Source of the DNA: Octopus bimaculoides
Taxonomy: Eukaryota
Direction of reading: 5' to 3'
NCBI RefSeq assembly: GCF_001194135.2
Contig: NC_068985.1
Location: forward strand, 118,588,257 to 118,627,750
Length of the DNA: 39,494 bases
Below, piece after piece: positions 36,296-39,494 of the stretch (position 1 is the stretch's first letter; every line of letters starts with the position of its first letter). The notes under the pieces are model-generated. The model was not told the origin of the DNA, ran no database searches, and saw only the letters and a program-made list of their open reading frames with translations. The translations under genes and the position numbers were made by a program.

Positions 36296-36596
36296 ATAAT
36301 TGAGCTTATTGGTGTTATCTTTTGTTTTTTGTGCCTTTTTTTTTTAGATTTTAGACACCACCTTTAGAAGGAGTTTTTATCTACAAATTGTAAGGATGAT
36401 CTCAAATTCAGTTTGTCATCTATACAAAATGGCTACACATCTCTTTGCCTCTTTACACTTTTATTTTTTTTGTATGCTTATAGACAACACCATTTCTTTT
36501 AAAAGTATTGTTAACACCCTATTTGTGATGCTTCTCTCATTTGAAAGAATCTCAGGTTTTGGAGTTTTTCAAGTAAAAAATTATCAACTGTATTAA

Positions 36597-36816
36597 CCCT
36601 TTAGCATTCAAATTATTCTGTCAAATGTAATGCTTATTTACTCGTATTGTTTTGAATTAATCATGCGTTACCTCATAGCTTCAAGATTTTGACGATGTGA
36701 TTGTTTATTTTTACAATGACACTGTAGGGTAAGTGTAAGAGGTCAAATCCGGCTGGTTTGAACATAAAAAAAGGGAGAATATTTGTGCCTGATATGGCTG
36801 GTTAAATACTAATGGG
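36597..36816 (+). mobile_element. piggyBac-like MITE
   Basis: TTAA at 36593-96 and 36817-20; ends about 100 bp upstream of the last tetraspanin acceptor. Confidence 0.8.
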
Positions 36817-36923
36817 TTAAGTTCCAAATTGCATTCTATCCTTAGTTTCCTATAATTTTCTTGAAATTGTAATTATCATGTCTCATGTCTAATTTTTCCA
36901 TTTCCCTTTTATTTTCTTTTTAG

Positions 36924-37001
36924 ATTCTTGGTATTTGTTTTGCACAGAACTTACGAAGTGATATCCAAGCACAACGAACATTATGGTACTATACCTTCTG
37001 A
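36924..37001 (+). CDS. TSPAN5: TspanC8 tetraspanin terminal coding exon: ILGICFAQNLRSDIQAQRTLWYYTF*
   Basis: Long polypyrimidine tract and tAG at 36922-23. IxGICxAQNLxxDI matches the TspanC8 TM4 end and tail. Stop TGA at 36999-37001. The LEL over the joined exons has 8 Cys. Confidence 0.95.
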   Translation: MLGICFAQNLRSDIQAQRTLWYYTF

Positions 37002-37233
37002 GTAATGTTGACTTACAGCTCTTAGTTGTCTGTTCCTCAAAAATGTAAGAACCTCTGTGAGAATAATTGGTATGAGTGAATTGATGTCTGAAGGAAAGTT
37101 AATCTGCTCTGTTCCACACGCACACACACACACACACACACACACGCCTGTGAGTATGTGTGTGAATGCTGATGCGGATGTTGACATTCCAAAATTTTAC
37201 TTGTCACTGTTTCAGTGAAGCATTGATCAGATA

Positions 37234-37455
37234 CTCTTTACTCTTTTACTTGTTTCAGTCATTTGACTGCGGCCATGCTGGAGCACCGCCTTTTAGTCGA
37301 GCAGATCGACCCCAGGACTTATTCTTTGGAAGCCTAGTACTTATTCTATCGGCCTCTTTTGCTGAACTGCTAAGTTACGGGGACGTAAACACACCACCAT
37401 CGGTTGTCAAGCAATGCTGGGGGGGACAAACACAAACATATACACACACATACAT
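37234..37455 (-). mobile_element. SINE family B 3' half, antisense, downstream of the tetraspanin stop
   Basis: cttttacttgtttcagtcatttgactgcggccatgctggagcacc...; runs into an N gap. Confidence 0.75.
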
Positions 37456-37689
37456 ACATATATACGACAGGCTTCNNNNNNNNNNNNNNNNNNNNNNNNN
37501 NNNNNNNNNNNNNNNNNNNNNNNNNNNNNNNNNNNNNNNNNNNNNNNNNNNNNNNNNNNNNNNNNNNNNNNNNNNNNNNNNNNNNNNNNNNNNNNNNNNN
37601 NNNNTACCACACAGCCACTCCTGCGCCTATAGATGTTTGTTTCTTGTTCACATTGCAACTGGCTGCTTTGCGTTTTAGAAGGCCAGCAG

Positions 37690-37695
37690 AATAAA
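37690..37695 (+). promoter_or_regulatory. candidate polyadenylation signal (AATAAA) for the tetraspanin
   Basis: An AATAAA about 690 nt after the stop; there is a gap in between and no transcript evidence. Confidence 0.2.
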
Positions 37696-37868
37696 AGACC
37701 ACCCACTTTTTTTCTTTTTTTGTAATACATGCAAGGTCCCCATACAAGCATTCAAAAATGCTCTTTCTGTAACTCAACTGTTACAACTTCAATTCAATTC
37801 TGTAGTTCTTATTAAAAAAAAAAAGCAAAGTAATGCTTCAAAGTAAATTTTTTTCTTTATATTTTTAG

Positions 37869-38205
37869 TCAGATGGCTCCGTGGTTAGATCATCAGGATC
37901 ACAACCATGAGGTAGTGAGTTCAATTCCCAGACTGGGCTGTGAGTTGTGTTCTTGAGCAAGACACTTTATTTCACACTGTTCCAGTCCACTCAGCTGTAG
38001 AAATGAGTTGTGACATCACTGATGCCAAGCTATATCAACCTTTGCCTTTTCCTTGGATAGCATCGGTAACATGGAGAAGGGAGGCTTGTTTACATGGGCG
38101 ACTGCTGGTCTTCCATAAACAACCTTGCCTGGACTTGTGCATTGGAGGTTAACTTTCTAGGTGCAATCCCATGGTCATTGATGACCTAAGGGGGTCTTTA
38201 CCCTT
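37869..38205 (+). mobile_element. tRNA/CORE-type SINE
   Basis: Colinear with 14718-15305. Confidence 0.75.
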
Positions 38206-38396
38206 TTTATCCATGACCCCTTTTTAAGGACTCTGTGACAGATGGGAGGGAGTTAGGGAGAGATGAAGGTCAGTGTCCTCAGGCCTGGTCCAAATGCTTG
38301 CAACAGATTTAGATTCATCCTCTATTATGTGTGTTCAAATCTATTCCTCAACTTACCTCTAAAACCATTTGACATTTGTGTCACTGCTTGTAGCTG

Positions 38397-38797
38397 AGTG
38401 CAGGTGTGGCTGTGTGGCAAGAAGCTTGCTTCCCAACTACACGGTTGCGGGTTCAGTCCCACTGTATGGTACCTTGGGCATGTGTCTTCTACTATAGCCT
38501 CGGGCCAACCAAAGCCTCGTGAATAGATTTGGTAGATGGAAACTGAAAGAAGCCCGTTTGATATATATCTATGTGTGTGTCTTTGTGTTTATTTGTCCCC
38601 CCCACCACCATTGCTTGACAACCAATGTTGGTGTGTTTACATCCCTGTAACTTAGCAGTTCAGCAAAAGAGACCAATAGAATAATTACCAGGCTTACAAA
38701 GAATAAGTCCTGAGGTAGATTCTTCGACTAAAATAAAGCCTTTGTGGTAGTGCTCCAGCATGGCTGCAGTCAAGTGACTAAAACAAGTTGAAGAATA
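38397..38797 (+). mobile_element. SINE family B, full-length copy
   Basis: Colinear with 1257-1616. Partial copies occur at about 39-150, 10770-10938(-), 11090-11260, 21305-21505, 21950-22075(-), 33795-33945(-), 34300-34505(-), 35390-35545, 38868-38995(-). Confidence 0.75.
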
Positions 38798-39002
38798 AAA
38801 TGTTAAACAAACACACAAACATACATGTGCACCCCATCAACCACAAACAATGGATTTTATTTTTGTTTGTTCACCAAATCCACTCACATGGCTTTGATTG
38901 GCCTAGAGCTAAGACACTTGCCAGAGTACTGTTCAGTGGGACTGAACTCAGAGCCATGTGGTTGTTAAGTGAAATTCTTAACTAAATATCCATGCTTATG
39001 CC

Positions 39003-39033
<31 letters not shown>

Positions 39034-39092
39034 TAGAAGAAAGAGTTTCTGCATGTATGTATGTTTATGAATGTACATATATGTACAATTAT

Positions 39093-39208
39093 TGACCTGA
39101 CGATTGGCTATATTTTTGAATAGAATTTATTTTCGATAATTTCAATTGATTTTAATCGATTTAAATTTCCATTCTATTTGAAAATTAGTTATGAAACACG
39201 TGTAGTCA
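39093..39208 (+). ncRNA. type I hammerhead ribozyme motif with long stem II
   Basis: ugac-CUGACGA(39097-103)-89-nt foldback-GAA-ACACGUGU-A-guca. Palindromic stem III, GUA triplet at 39202-04, 4-bp stem I; U-U at 10.1/11.1. Confidence 0.65.
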
Positions 39209-39494
39209 TTTTATCTTTATCTTATGATATTTACTTTGTTTTATATTATACTCATTTATTGTGCTTTTAATTATTAATTTTTGTATATGTGATAGTGGAT
39301 TTTCATCGATGAGTTCTTGAAACTTGTTTTTTTTTCCCTAAAACTATATATATATATATATATACACACATACATATCTGTATGTGTAGGTATATAATAT
39401 GTATGCACATATATATTCATTTATCTATGTATGTATGTACACTCCCACACACACAGTTATCTATGCACACACACACATACATATGTATATTCAT

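Noticed and set aside
39303-39330. Possible second tandem hammerhead (cGAUGA guucuu GAAA cuugUU)
   Set aside because: U4 is missing and stems I and II are not supportable. Worth rechecking only if paralogs show a tandem arrangement.

Overview
AT-rich, repeat-dense metazoan genomic DNA with six N-gaps. The SINE/RTE/MITE repertoire looks like octopus (coleoid cephalopod); this is inference from remembered repeat families, not a search result. One protein-coding gene is supportable: the 3' five coding exons (153 aa plus stop, + strand, 20324-37001) of an eight-cysteine TspanC8 tetraspanin (TSPAN5/17/33-like, the ADAM10-regulating subfamily). Its 5' exons are not visible. The rest is intronic or flanking DNA filled with RTE LINE 3' ends, tRNA-derived SINEs (CORE-like and Nin/Deu-like), six TTAA-flanked piggyBac-like MITEs, two deleted DD37D (maT) Tc1/mariner copies, CR1-like fragments, a Penelope-like GIY-YIG fragment and microsatellites. 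The most unexpected signal is six mutually dissimilar type-I hammerhead ribozyme motifs, most with palindromic stem III, on both strands. The one at 1046-1129 has a fully intact core, the one at 39093-39208 is intact except for a U-U stem II closing pair, and the one at 21205-21269 lies just 3' of the Penelope endonuclease remnant. Repeat boundaries are approximate unless a TSD is quoted.
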